NCBI RefSeq assembly: GCF_026626745.1
Contig: NZ_JAPNJW010000002.1
Span: forward strand, 1,510,151 to 1,574,150
Source of the DNA: Nannocystis sp. RBIL2
Lineage (GTDB): Bacteria > Myxococcota_A > Polyangia > Nannocystales > Nannocystaceae
DNA: 64,000 nt
Direction: 5' to 3'
Shown here piece by piece: positions 40,631 through 51,107 of the stretch; within the stretch, counting starts at the first letter, position 1, and each line of letters starts with the position of its first letter. The notes under the pieces are model-generated. The model had not been told where the DNA came from, did not search any database, and saw only the letters and a program-made list of their open reading frames with translations. Both the position numbers and the translations under genes were made by a program.

Positions 40631-41152
40631 TCACTCGACCTCGAAGATCTCGTCGTTCCACACCAGCTCCCCGGCGGCCGCGTCGACGGTGCCCTGGAAC
40701 GACTCGCCCTCGGCCTCGGCGACGATCGTCCCCGCCTCGCAGGTGTACGCGCCGGAGATCCCGTAATCGCCGCTCTGGTACATGAACTCGTCCGCGCTCG
40801 TGAACCGGACGCGGTCGGGGCAGGTCTCGACCGGCACGTCGTCGGGCTGCGGCCCGCACGGGTACTGCTTCTTCGACACGAACACCTTGCCGATCACGAA
40901 CGCGCAGGCCTCGTCGATCGGCGCCGTCGTGCTGCTGCTCGTGGTCCCGGTCGTGTCGTCCGGCTCGCTGGTGGAGGTGGGCTCCGTCGCGCTCGTCGTC
41001 GACGTCGTCGTCGAGTCGTCGCTGGTGCTCGTGCTGTCCGGCGCGGTGGTGCTGGAGGTGTCCGCGGTCTCGCTCTCGGTGCCCGGGTCGCTGCCCTTGT
41101 CGGTACACCCCGGCAGCGCCAGAAGAAGGGTCAAACAAGCCAAATACTTCAT
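40631..41152 (-). CDS. Lipoprotein with Ser/Thr-rich linker
   Basis: MKYLACLTLLLALPGC lipobox; 174 aa. Confidence 0.6.
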   Translation of the reverse strand: MKYLACLTLLLALPGCTDKGSDPGTESETADTSSTTAPDSTSTSDDSTTTSTTSATEPTSTSEPDDTTGTTSSSTTAPIDEACAFVIGKVFVSKKQYPCGPQPDDVPVETCPDRVRFTSADEFMYQSGDYGISGAYTCEAGTIVAEAEGESFQGTVDAAAGELVWNDEIFEVE

Positions 41153-41647
41153 GCGCGACAGGATAGCGCGAAGGACCCCGCCGCGCACACGGCTCGCTAC
41201 CTTCGTCGCCGGACCCTCGCCGCGCGCACCCGGACGGCGCTCCGCTCGGGGCCGCGTCGGGCGAGCCCGCGCGGGTCGAAGCTCCCCGCGCCTCGCATGT
41301 CATGAACGCTGCCGAACGAGGCGCGAGTGATTCACCGCGACGCCGCCCCGACACCTCGCCCCACCGCGGCTCGGCGTCCACTCGTCGCCGCGGATGCTCT
41401 CGCCTCGGTCGAGCTCGCGTACGCGTCACCGCCCCCGTCGACGCCGTAGCGGCCGATGCTCTCACCCCGATCGAGCTCCCATTCACCTCGTGGTTCCCGA
41501 CCGTCGCAGAGCTCGAGTGAAGATCTCGCCTTCAGGGTGGTTCCATTCGCGGCAGATCGTGACCCGACCTCGTCGAACGTCCACATCGCCCCGGACGCTC
41601 CGGCGCATCACCTAAGGCCATCGCCTGATGCGCAAGCGACTGCGGCG

Positions 41648-43861
41648 ATGGGATGGTCGGCGTCCCCCCCCATGTCCACCGCCATTCACTCCGTCAAAGT
41701 CGCCGCGCTCAAGGGCGCCGAGATCAAGCTGACAGTGCGCTCGCTCGAGAAGGGCGTCACAGTCTCGTTCTGCCCGATCCTCGCGCTGCGCCTGCTGTCT
41801 GCGCTCGGCGCCGGCGCCCCCGTCGATCGCGCCGACTTCGTCGACGCCCACGCCAGCCCCGGCGAGCTCCACGACCTCGTCGCCGAGTGCCTCGAGTCGG
41901 CGCACAGCAGCGTGCCCAACGCGAGCGTCACCTTCACCCTGAAGGTGCGCGACGCCGCCTGGCTGAAGGACATCAAGAAGGGCGACAGCACCGACACTGC
42001 CGCCTACGCCGCCACCGCGCGTCGGCTCGGCGCCGCCTTCGCCGCCGGCGGCGCCCAGGTCGTGGTCGGCTGGGACAGCGGCGCGATCGAGGCCCACGAG
42101 GTGACGCAGAAGCGCGGCCGGACCGCCCTCGGCAAGCCCGTCTGGGCCGCCCAGCACCTCGGCCTGCTGAGCTTCGGCCTGCTCGCCGAGGACGTGCTCG
42201 TCACCGCCGGTCGCACCGAGCTGCGCGCCCATCGCGACGGCGAGCCGGTCGCCGAGGTGTCCCTCGAGACAGGTGCGAGGGTGACCGCGCTCGCGGCCGA
42301 CGGTCCGCGCGCCCTGATCGGCTTCGCCGACGGCAGCGTCGCCGCCTGGCAGCCGGGCGCCGCGCTGGTGCGCCTCGGCGCCCTCGACGGCCCCGTCGTC
42401 GGCCTCGCCGCGATCGCCAAGGACACCGTCGCTGCGGCCACCGCCGGCGCCGCCGCGGTGCTGCGCGACGGCGCGATCGCCAAGACCGTCCCCTCGACCG
42501 ACGGCCCGATCACCGCCCTCGCCAAGGGCACCGCCGCCGGCACGTTCGTGATCGGCACCGCCGCCGGCGCGGTCGTCTGGGCCGACGAGCGCGGCGAGGT
42601 CACGCGCAAGCAGCAGCTGCAGGTGCAGCAGGACTCGCACCTCGGCCTGCTGCACCGCGACGACCACGGCAACCTCCTCTCGCTGGTGCGCCGCGGCAAG
42701 CAGCTGTTCGTCGCCACGCTCGAGCCGACCGGCCTCCGCCTCGCCGGCCCGGCCGCCGAGGTCGACGACTTCAGCTCGGCCGCCGCCACCGACGGCCTGG
42801 TCGCCCGCGTCGACGAAGACCGCGTGCTGTACCTCGGTCAGGACGCCGCGGTGCGCTTCACCCAGCAGCTGCCCAAGGGCGCCGTCCGGGCCGCGCAGCT
42901 GTCCCCGCCGCAGTACGAGCCGAGGGTCACCCGCGACGGCAGCGCGCTGATCCTCGGCCTCTCCGACCAGCGGGCCGCCGAGCTGCGCTCGACCACCGGC
43001 GCCGTGCTGGCGCGCGCCGACAACTGGTCGGGCTACTTCGCCGGCGCCCTCGCGCTCGGGCAGGACGCCGCGCTGGTGTGGTTCCGCGGCGACGCGTTCC
43101 GCTTCACCGCCGCCGGCAGCGAGCAGCTGCCGCTGAAGCTCCTCGACGCCGCGCCCATCGAGCCCACCGGCGGCGCCTTCGTCCTGGTCCGCACCGAGGA
43201 GGACACCGGCCGCTTGATCGAGCTCGACGCCGCGGGCCGCGAGATCGCCGAGATCGCCACGATCGCCGCCGACGACGTCGGCAGCACCTGCGCCCTGTTC
43301 GTCAGCCACGACGGCTCGCTGTTCAAGGCCTCGGTCTACGACTCCGAGCGCGGCGAGCACGTGCCGCGCTGCTGGCTGCGCGAGGGCGCGACCTTCCGCG
43401 CCTTCCCGGCCCCGTGGAGCGGCCACGACTGGCCCTGCATCTCGGCCGACGGTCGGCGCGCCGCCTGGCAGTCGCGCGAGGACGAGTCCTGGGTCCTCCA
43501 CGACACCTACGACGGCCGCGAGCTCGCCCGCATCCCGCTGAAGGACGCGTGGCTCGGCGAGTTCGACGGCGCCGGCCGCCTGGTGCTGAAGAGCCAGGAC
43601 CGGCTGCACTGGTTCGACGCCGACGGCGAGCCGCTCGCCGAGGTCGCCCTCCCCGGCAAGGAGCGGATCTCGCCGCCGGTCACGCGCCTGCTCGCGAGCG
43701 GGGGCGCGCTCGACATGATCGCAGTGACCCCGCTGGGCACCTTCGGCCTCGGCACCAAGGGCAATCCGGCCCCGCTCGCCCACCCGGCCGCGCTGGCCGC
43801 CACCGACTCGCTGGTGGCCGTCGGCCGCGGCTGGCCGCTGGAGGTCACCGACCTCCGCTGA
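41648..43861 (+). CDS. Large hypothetical protein (beta-propeller-like repeats)
   Basis: 737 aa continuous ORF with protein-like composition; no recognised catalytic motif. Confidence 0.55.
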   Translation: MGWSASPPMSTAIHSVKVAALKGAEIKLTVRSLEKGVTVSFCPILALRLLSALGAGAPVDRADFVDAHASPGELHDLVAECLESAHSSVPNASVTFTLKVRDAAWLKDIKKGDSTDTAAYAATARRLGAAFAAGGAQVVVGWDSGAIEAHEVTQKRGRTALGKPVWAAQHLGLLSFGLLAEDVLVTAGRTELRAHRDGEPVAEVSLETGARVTALAADGPRALIGFADGSVAAWQPGAALVRLGALDGPVVGLAAIAKDTVAAATAGAAAVLRDGAIAKTVPSTDGPITALAKGTAAGTFVIGTAAGAVVWADERGEVTRKQQLQVQQDSHLGLLHRDDHGNLLSLVRRGKQLFVATLEPTGLRLAGPAAEVDDFSSAAATDGLVARVDEDRVLYLGQDAAVRFTQQLPKGAVRAAQLSPPQYEPRVTRDGSALILGLSDQRAAELRSTTGAVLARADNWSGYFAGALALGQDAALVWFRGDAFRFTAAGSEQLPLKLLDAAPIEPTGGAFVLVRTEEDTGRLIELDAAGREIAEIATIAADDVGSTCALFVSHDGSLFKASVYDSERGEHVPRCWLREGATFRAFPAPWSGHDWPCISADGRRAAWQSREDESWVLHDTYDGRELARIPLKDAWLGEFDGAGRLVLKSQDRLHWFDADGEPLAEVALPGKERISPPVTRLLASGGALDMIAVTPLGTFGLGTKGNPAPLAHPAALAATDSLVAVGRGWPLEVTDLR

Positions 43862-43870
43862 GCGGCGCCC

Positions 43871-43970
43871 CGGGACATACGATCGCGCTGCTGGCCTCGG
43901 GGACATGCCTTCGAGAGCATGTCCCGTGGGACATGCCTGATATAACATGCCCTGAGGGACATTCCCTCTC
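43871..43970. repeat. Four hairpin-repeat copies in convergent intergenic region
   Basis: gggacatacg.., gggacatgccttcgagagcatgtccc, gtgggacatgcc, catgccctgagggacat. Confidence 0.75.
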
Positions 43971-43976
43971 GACCAT

Positions 43977-44813
43977 TCACGCCGCCGGCAGCAGCTTGCG
44001 CCGCAGCAGGTCGAGCACCTGCTGCAGCGCCGCGTGCGTCGGCTCGCCCGGCGCGTCGACGAGGCCGCCGGTCAGCACCGAGTGGTGCTTCTTCAAGATC
44101 TCCTCCGGGTGGCCGTCGCGCTGCTCGAGCTCGACCGCGACGAAGCCGTCGCCGAGGCGCTCGCGCAGGAATTCGAACCGCTCCGGCGGCACCAGCGGGT
44201 CGCCGTGGAAGCGCAGGCCGAGCACCTGCAGGCCCTCGCGCGCGCACCGACCGGCGACCACGGCCAGCTCCTCGGGCCCGCAGTCGATGCTCCGCCGCTG
44301 GCGCGCGGTCAGCCCGAGCGGCAGCGACGGCTGCGACAGCACCGGCACCAGCACCCGCGGCTCGGTCGCCATCGCCAGCGCGAAGCCGCCGGTGAAGCAC
44401 ATCCCGACCGCGCCGACGCCCGGCCCGCCGCAGCGCGCGTGCTCGTGGACCGCGAGCGCGCGCAGCCAGTCGACCACCGGCGAGCTGCGGCCGGTCGCCA
44501 GCATCGTGAACTCGCGGCTGACGCACACCTCCGCCAGCACCTTGACCGCGCCGCGCAGCCGCGCCAGCGGCCGCGCCCTGGCGGCGTCGAAGCCCGGGGT
44601 CCCGAACAGCTGCGGCAGCGCCACCGACAGGCCGAGCGCCACCAGCCGGTCGGCGAACCCGAGCACCTGCGGCGAGACGCCCGGCATCTCGGTGATCACG
44701 AGGACCGCCGGCCCCGCGCCCTTGCGGTACACCGGGTGCGTCACCCCGGCGTGCGTGAACGCCTCGCAGGTGAAGGTGTTCAGGTCGCCCTCGGGAGCCT
44801 TCTGCTTGGCCAT
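43977..44813 (-). CDS. Dienelactone hydrolase family protein
   Basis: GAVGMCFTGGFAL nucleophile elbow; AGGAGA RBS upstream of ATG 44813. Confidence 0.8.
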   Translation of the reverse strand: MAKQKAPEGDLNTFTCEAFTHAGVTHPVYRKGAGPAVLVITEMPGVSPQVLGFADRLVALGLSVALPQLFGTPGFDAARARPLARLRGAVKVLAEVCVSREFTMLATGRSSPVVDWLRALAVHEHARCGGPGVGAVGMCFTGGFALAMATEPRVLVPVLSQPSLPLGLTARQRRSIDCGPEELAVVAGRCAREGLQVLGLRFHGDPLVPPERFEFLRERLGDGFVAVELEQRDGHPEEILKKHHSVLTGGLVDAPGEPTHAALQQVLDLLRRKLLPAA

Positions 44814-45114
44814 GTCGTCTCCTGCACCGCATGATGCCCGCGCGCGCCGCGGCCTGCGCGGCGGATCACCGCATCGACCTGCCCCTTCGGACACATCATT
44901 CTCGCCGCGCGAGCCTGCGTCCGGACGGCGTCCTGTCGACTCACGCGGCAGCCGCTCGCAAGTCGCGCGCACCCGGGCGCTCGCGGCCTGACGAGGAGAT
45001 CGCGGGCCCGGACGGACGCACGGCCGAGCGGACCCGCGACGAGCTCCACGCCAGGCGCTCGAGCGACGAGGACGACGCCGATCGAGCGGCGTCGCCCGAG
45101 CCTTCACCCGACGC

Positions 45115-46614
45115 TCAGGGCGTCAAGCACCACAGCGTCGAGCGGTCGATGCCGGCCTTGTACGCCACGTAGCCAGCCGTCTGCGGCGCCACGCACTGCG
45201 ACGGCGCCGGCAGGAACGGCAGGCAGGTCGAGACCAGCGGGCCATCGGCGCCGTCGTCGTCGTAGCAGTGGCCCGGCCGGCCGTCGCCGCCGCAGTAGAG
45301 CGCGGTCGGGTTGTCGACGCACGGCTCGCCGATCGGCGCCGGGTCGACGCCGCTCTGCTGCAGCATCTCGTGCGGCAGGCACAGGTTGTAGCCGCCGCCG
45401 CAGTGGGTGCCTTCCGCGCAGCCGGGCGCGTCCGACAGCACGTCACAGACCTTGCCGCACTCGTGCCCGTCGCCGAAGTCGACGCAGCGCAGGCCGAGCG
45501 CGCAGTCCGAGTCCCAGCCGTTCGGGTCGACCAGCGCGCAGGCCTCGCCCTCCGCCTTCTCGCCGCCGGCCACGCACACACCGTCGGTGCCGATCGCGTT
45601 GACCGGCATGCAGAACTGCTCCGCGGGGCAGGCGTCGTCCGTGTACGGCGTGCAGCCGTTCGGCCGCCGCACGTCATACTCCGCCTCCTGAATCCAGTAG
45701 CAGGTCCCGTCGACCACCGGCTCGAGCAGGTCGCCGTTCTTCACCATCTCGCGCAGCTCGACGTGGCGCACGCGGCCGTGCGTCTGGTGCGACGACAGCA
45801 GGTCGAAGACCTCGAGCTCGCCGGCCACCGCGACGAACGTCTTCTTGTAGGCCTGGCCCTCGAGGTCCTCCTGGTACGTGACCGTCGCGCTGCTGACGGT
45901 CACGTACTGGCTGACGAAGTTGGGGATCGCGTGGTTCGGGTCCGGATCGAGGGGATGGACGCCGACGCCGATGTCGCCGTCGAACATGATCCGCAGCAGG
46001 TCGAACAGCGCCTCGTCGGCGGTGATGCTCATCTGCGTCCCCGGCGTGCGGATCAGCGGCACCGGCGCGGCGCTCTCGAGCTGGAACTCCTGCTGGCTGA
46101 GCAGCTCGATGCCGAGGATCGGCAGCTCCTCGCAGTCCTCGGGCTTGATGGGCCCGCCGGTGTCCGTCTCGCCGGTCTCCGTCTCGCCGGTCTCGGTCTC
46201 GGTCCCGGTGGTCGTGGTCTCCTCGACCACGCCGGTGGTGGTCGTCGTCTCGCCGTCCGTCGTCGTCGTCGTCGTCTCGCCGGTCGTCGTCGTCTCGACC
46301 GCCGTCGTCTCGCCGTCCGTCGTCGTCGTCGTCTCGGAAGTCGTCGTCGTCGACGTCGGACCGGTCGTGGTCTCGGGATCGGTGGTCGTGGTGGTGGTCG
46401 TCGTCACCCCGCCGGTCTCGGTCGGGTCGACGTTCGCGGTGGTCGGGCCGGCGGTGTCGGTGTCGGTGTCGCTGTCGGTCTCGGTCTCGGTCCCGGTCTC
46501 GGTCGTATCACCGGAGTCCGCGGGGCAACCCGCCGACAGCAGCGAGCCGCTCAATGTAAACAGGACGCCGGCCGAGAGGCGCGGCAGGGCGTATGCGGAG
46601 ATGGATTTAATCAT
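45115..46614 (-). CDS. Lipoprotein with long Thr/Glu-rich linker and Cys-rich C-terminal domain
   Basis: Lipobox LLSAGC; TTTTTTTT linker; about 20 Cys in C-terminal 200 aa. Confidence 0.65.
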   Translation of the reverse strand: MIKSISAYALPRLSAGVLFTLSGSLLSAGCPADSGDTTETGTETETDSDTDTDTAGPTTANVDPTETGGVTTTTTTTTDPETTTGPTSTTTTSETTTTTDGETTAVETTTTGETTTTTTDGETTTTTGVVEETTTTGTETETGETETGETDTGGPIKPEDCEELPILGIELLSQQEFQLESAAPVPLIRTPGTQMSITADEALFDLLRIMFDGDIGVGVHPLDPDPNHAIPNFVSQYVTVSSATVTYQEDLEGQAYKKTFVAVAGELEVFDLLSSHQTHGRVRHVELREMVKNGDLLEPVVDGTCYWIQEAEYDVRRPNGCTPYTDDACPAEQFCMPVNAIGTDGVCVAGGEKAEGEACALVDPNGWDSDCALGLRCVDFGDGHECGKVCDVLSDAPGCAEGTHCGGGYNLCLPHEMLQQSGVDPAPIGEPCVDNPTALYCGGDGRPGHCYDDDGADGPLVSTCLPFLPAPSQCVAPQTAGYVAYKAGIDRSTLWCLTP

Positions 46615-46999
46615 GTGGGCGGTCCATATCCGTCAAGCGCCGCGAATTGGCAATGGCGGCCGCCGGGAATTTCGCCGGAGGCGCGCGCGCGAATGCAAGC
46701 ACCCGCGCTTTGGCCCGATCGCCGGGCGAATCGTCGCATTTGCGCGGGCCCGCCCTGCCCGCTCGCGCGCGCCCGGGCGGCCAATCGACAATGGGACCGG
46801 CGCCCGACCCTGCGAGCGACAGGGCGATACCCCGAGCACGAGCATGGGCGTGCGCCCTCGCCGTGCCGCCGCTGCGCCGGCGTTGCGGTCGACCCCGGCC
46901 ATTGGCCGGAGTTCCCGCACGGGCCGGCGCCGACCTCATGCGTACCTCGGCGCAATGCGACGAATGGCCGCGGGATCGCCCGCAGGGGCGACCGGCCGC

Positions 47000-48100
47000 T
47001 CACATCCCGAGAGCCACCGCGCTGGCCTCGACCGTCGCGCGCGTGACCGCGGCCGCGAAGTCGAGGTTCAGGTTGGCGACCTCGTCGGGGCCGGCCATGC
47101 AATGATAATTGGCGTAGCGGAACTCGCTGGTATCCGTCAAGAACACCGCCGGATAGCCCGCGTCCCAGAACGGCGCGTGATCGGAGCGCCGCAGGTCGGC
47201 GAACAGGTCCGACGTCTCCTGACCCCCGGGCAGCTCGATCAAGGCCCGGCGCAGGCCGATGCGGTCGGCCGCCGCCGCGTAGGCGGTCGCGTGCGCGTTC
47301 GCCTTGGCGCTGCTCATGATGGCGATGAAGTCGCCGCGGAACTGGTTGGCCTCGAGCTCGGCGTAGGCCTCGGGGAACACCAGCTCGAACCCGACCGGCA
47401 CGGTCTGACTGTCCTCGGCCGCCGACGTGAAGGCGATCATGTCGAAGTTGAAGTCGACGACGATGTCGTCGCCGGCCGCCTTGGCCGCCGCCACGTACGC
47501 CTCGGAGCCGATGAGCCCGTCCTCCTCCTCGTCCCAGCAGGCCACGTGGACCGTGCGGTCGAACTCCGTCTTGGCCAGGAGCCGCGCGATCTCGAGGGTC
47601 GCCGCCACCCCGCTGGCGTTGTCGTCGGCGCCGCGGCAATCGGAGATGTGATCGTAGTGCGCCGCGACCACCACGATCTGCTCCGGCGTGGTCTTGCCGA
47701 GCCGCCGCCCGACCACGTTCACCCCGGTGCCGTAATCCATCAACACGACCTGGTACCCGAGCTCGCTCAACCGATCGGCGCACAGGTCCTGCACCGCCTG
47801 CCAATGCGGCGTCCCGGGCGTGCGCACGTCGGCGATGAACTGCAGGTCCTCGGCGTACGCCGCCGGGTCGATGCAATCGGCCAGCGCCTGCGGCGACGCT
47901 GCGCACGGGTCGGGCTCGCCGGTGGTCGGCTCCGCCGTCGTGCTGCTGCTGGTCGGCGCGGCCGTCGTGCCGGTGGTGGTCGTCGTCGCCTCGCCCCCGG
48001 TCGTCGAGCCCGTCGGCGTCGTCGCGTTCCCGCCCGTCTGCCCACAACCGAGGCCACACACGAGCACGAGCCAGGAGATCCGCCGCAGGTCGTTCGTCAT
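47000..48100 (-). CDS. M28 family zinc aminopeptidase lipoprotein
   Basis: Lipobox LGCG; HYDH, DDNASGVA, WDEEEDGLIGS, DTSEFRYANYHC metal-ligand pattern. Confidence 0.85.
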   Translation of the reverse strand: MTNDLRRISWLVLVCGLGCGQTGGNATTPTGSTTGGEATTTTTGTTAAPTSSSTTAEPTTGEPDPCAASPQALADCIDPAAYAEDLQFIADVRTPGTPHWQAVQDLCADRLSELGYQVVLMDYGTGVNVVGRRLGKTTPEQIVVVAAHYDHISDCRGADDNASGVAATLEIARLLAKTEFDRTVHVACWDEEEDGLIGSEAYVAAAKAAGDDIVVDFNFDMIAFTSAAEDSQTVPVGFELVFPEAYAELEANQFRGDFIAIMSSAKANAHATAYAAAADRIGLRRALIELPGGQETSDLFADLRRSDHAPFWDAGYPAVFLTDTSEFRYANYHCMAGPDEVANLNLDFAAAVTRATVEASAVALGM

Positions 48101-48140
48101 CGCGGCGCGGATCCTACCACGACGCCCACAGCGAGCGCAG

Positions 48141-48170
48141 TTCCCATGCCTGTCCGAAAGGTCATGTCGT
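48141..48170. repeat. Hairpin-repeat copy (degenerate)
   Basis: cccatgcctgtccgaaaggtcatgtcg. Confidence 0.5.
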
Positions 48171-48425
48171 CGAACCGCCTGCGCTTCCGCGACCCCGAGG
48201 CGGCGGGTCGATCGCGTGGTCCTCGCATTTCGCCGCGGCAGTGCACGCGCCGACGAGAGGGATCGCGCGGAGCGTCGCGGACAGGCCCGCCGCTCTGCAG
48301 GTGCGGGCGAACTCGCCCGCCGGGCGAACCACTGTTTCGGCCCCGACTGCCAGGGCAGGCTGCCCGGCGACTTCGGGTCCGGGCGCTGCGAGCTCGTCCG
48401 AGCGCGGTGCTACGGTGGCTCCGGC

Positions 48426-49916
48426 ATGCCCGTCACCTTCAAGATCTGCGAGGTCGAGCCGACGACCAGGAGCTTTTCCGCCGCGAGCCCGAGCGACGCG
48501 GTCGCCGAGCTCGTGGGCGGGCCCGTGGAAGCATGCGGCGCCGACGTCGACCGCTTGACCCCCGTGCAGCAGAACGCGCTCCTGAGCGCGGTTTGGCGGG
48601 CGTTCGGCGCCCACCGTCCGCTCGTGCTGACGCCCGACGCAGTGTGGCTGGCCATCGCCCAGGGCTTCGCCGCGCACATGAGCGTCCATGCGGAGCGCCT
48701 GCGCGGCCGGTTCGTGCGCCACGCCGGCCGTCAAAAGCTCGTCGTCCGGCGCGACGACTTCGTCAAGGGCTCGCCCGCCAACCCGTGGCCCGAAGTGTTC
48801 GCCGACTTCTCCGCCCAGATCGCCGGGCACATCGGGCGCCAGAGAGACCTCGTCGTCTGCGACTTCTCGACCACCGGCCCGGTCGAGCGCGCCGCCTCCG
48901 AGCTGGTGCTGATGGACGCGATACAGCAGTACTTCGATTACCATGTGAGCACATTGTGCGGGATCCCCGAGATCACCCTCGGCGGCTCGCTCGACGATTG
49001 GGTCCGCCTGCGCCACAAGGCCCGCGCGCTCGCCGAGTACGAGCTCGAATGGTGGATCGGCACCCTGGTCCCGCTGCTCGACGAATTCATCGCCGCGTTC
49101 GAAGGTCGGCCGAACCTGGACCTCTGGGCCCACATCTTCAAACATCGCTCGGCGTCGGGCGCCCCGGACCTCCGCGGCTGGGTGCAGGTCTTCTTCCCTT
49201 ACCTCACCGACGGCGGCCCGCAGGCGAAGCTGCGGGAGAACCCGGTCCTGCGCGCCGCGAAGCGTGGCAGCGCGAAGCGCTCGCAGGGAGGTCTCGAGCC
49301 GTGGATCACCGATGAGCGGATGGATCCCGGCTGCATTCCGCTGGGGCTGGCCCGTGCGCCGCTGTCGTGGAATTACCTCGGCGAGCCGCACGCGATGGAG
49401 CTGCTGGGAGGGTTCGTCGGCATCGACGAGGATCCGGTCACGCTCGCGTTGCGGCCCGCGATCGGCTGGGCCGTCCGCGACGTCGCGCCCGCGGACGTGC
49501 TGGTGCGCAGCGAGCCGCGGAGGGTCGCGGAGCCGACGCCCCAGCCGAGCTTGATTTTGCGGATCGATCGTGTCCGTTGCCGGCGCGGCGCGGCGCCCGA
49601 GGGCCGCCTGCTCCTCATGTCCGACGGCCTCCGCTTCGCCCCCACGGGCGTGGCCAGAAACTGGCTCTCCAGCGCCTTGACCGACGACGACGACGACACG
49701 CTCGCGCCTGCGATCGAGCAGCTCGACGACGCCCCCGGGACCGGGGCGAGGTTCATCGCCGCGGACGCTATCGCCGCGATCCACGTGGCGCGTGCGCCGA
49801 CCACGCTCACCCTCACGCTGGCGAAGGGTGGTGAAACGCTGCAGTTCGAGCTGCCGGACTTCGCGGTCGAGCTGCGCCACTGGTGCGAGGCGATGGGTCG
49901 GCCCTGGTCCATGTGA
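48426..49916 (+). CDS. Hypothetical protein
   Basis: 496 aa ORF with protein-like composition; ORF upstream of 48426 lacks coding signal. Confidence 0.5.
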   Translation: MPVTFKICEVEPTTRSFSAASPSDAVAELVGGPVEACGADVDRLTPVQQNALLSAVWRAFGAHRPLVLTPDAVWLAIAQGFAAHMSVHAERLRGRFVRHAGRQKLVVRRDDFVKGSPANPWPEVFADFSAQIAGHIGRQRDLVVCDFSTTGPVERAASELVLMDAIQQYFDYHVSTLCGIPEITLGGSLDDWVRLRHKARALAEYELEWWIGTLVPLLDEFIAAFEGRPNLDLWAHIFKHRSASGAPDLRGWVQVFFPYLTDGGPQAKLRENPVLRAAKRGSAKRSQGGLEPWITDERMDPGCIPLGLARAPLSWNYLGEPHAMELLGGFVGIDEDPVTLALRPAIGWAVRDVAPADVLVRSEPRRVAEPTPQPSLILRIDRVRCRRGAAPEGRLLLMSDGLRFAPTGVARNWLSSALTDDDDDTLAPAIEQLDDAPGTGARFIAADAIAAIHVARAPTTLTLTLAKGGETLQFELPDFAVELRHWCEAMGRPWSM

Positions 49917-49975
49917 GTCCGGGGCCGCGCCGGCGGCTATCCTCGTCGAGGATGCTCGGGGTATCGTCGCTCGAG

Positions 49976-51097
49976 ATGTCCCGCGCCTCGCACTCCTATC
50001 AATCGCTACTCACGGCCGTCTCGCTCTCCTTGCTCCTCGCGCTCGCGGGCTGCAGCGGCGCCGGCGACGAGTCCGGTGAATCCGGCGAAGGCACCGGCAG
50101 CGATGGCGGTACCACCACGACGACCGCCACGGAGGACGGCAGCGCGACCGATGGCAGTTCGACGACCGGCACCGGCGCACCGACGACGACCTCCACCACG
50201 ACCGACGCGACACCCACCACCGACCCGGCCACCACGGACACCGCCACCGGCACCACCGGCGATCCGCTCGCCAGCCCCGGCTGTGGCCTCGCTCCGCCCG
50301 ATCTGCCCGACGGCGTCAACGTCACGCTCGACGTCGGGCCCGAGGGCGACGGCGTGCGTCGCTTTTATCTCCGCCGCTCGCCCGACTACGACCCGGACGT
50401 CCCGCACCGTTTGATCTTCGGCTTCGCCGGCACCAACTGGGTCGGCGACATGATCGAGCCTTATTTCGGGCTTCAGGGCGACAAGGTCGAGCCGCGGCCC
50501 GACGAGATCTTCGTCTACCCCGATCCGCTGTGGCGCGACTTCGACGGCTGGGGCAACCTCGGCGGCTGGGTGCTCGGCCCGTACGCCGCGCCCGCCGACG
50601 GCGAGCAGGACCTCGTGTTCGTCGAGGCAGTGATCGCCTACATGGAATCCAACTATTGCATCGACCGCGAGCGCGTGTTCGCCACCGGTCACAGCTGGGG
50701 CGGCGACATGGCCCAGGTCGTCGGCTGCTTCCTCGGCGACAGGTTCCGCGCCACCGTCCCGGTCGCCGCCAACTCCCCCTATTGGTTCGAGGACCGCGGC
50801 GGCTTCGTCGACTGCGTCGGTGACACTGCCGTGTGGACCATGTTCGGCCAGGCCGACGAGCACTTCGGCAGCCAGGACCCCGGCCTCGAGTGCCGCGATT
50901 TCTGGCTCGACGAACGCGGCTGCGACGGCGTCGACGCGGCAATCGGCCTCGACCTCGGCGACGCTCCCGACGAGTGCGTCGAATACCAGGGCTGCTCGGC
51001 CACCACTCGCTTCTGCCTCTACGGCGCGCAGTACGGCCACCAGATCCCCGGCGACTACTTCGCCGCCGCGACCATGGCGTTCTTCCGCTCGTTCTGA
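49976..51097 (+). CDS. Secreted esterase lipoprotein, PHB-depolymerase/LpqC-like alpha/beta hydrolase
   Basis: Lipobox LALAGCSG; Thr-rich linker; GHSWGG nucleophile motif. Confidence 0.7.
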   Translation: MSRASHSYQSLLTAVSLSLLLALAGCSGAGDESGESGEGTGSDGGTTTTTATEDGSATDGSSTTGTGAPTTTSTTTDATPTTDPATTDTATGTTGDPLASPGCGLAPPDLPDGVNVTLDVGPEGDGVRRFYLRRSPDYDPDVPHRLIFGFAGTNWVGDMIEPYFGLQGDKVEPRPDEIFVYPDPLWRDFDGWGNLGGWVLGPYAAPADGEQDLVFVEAVIAYMESNYCIDRERVFATGHSWGGDMAQVVGCFLGDRFRATVPVAANSPYWFEDRGGFVDCVGDTAVWTMFGQADEHFGSQDPGLECRDFWLDERGCDGVDAAIGLDLGDAPDECVEYQGCSATTRFCLYGAQYGHQIPGDYFAAATMAFFRSF

Positions 51098-51107
51098 GGG
51101 GACTCCG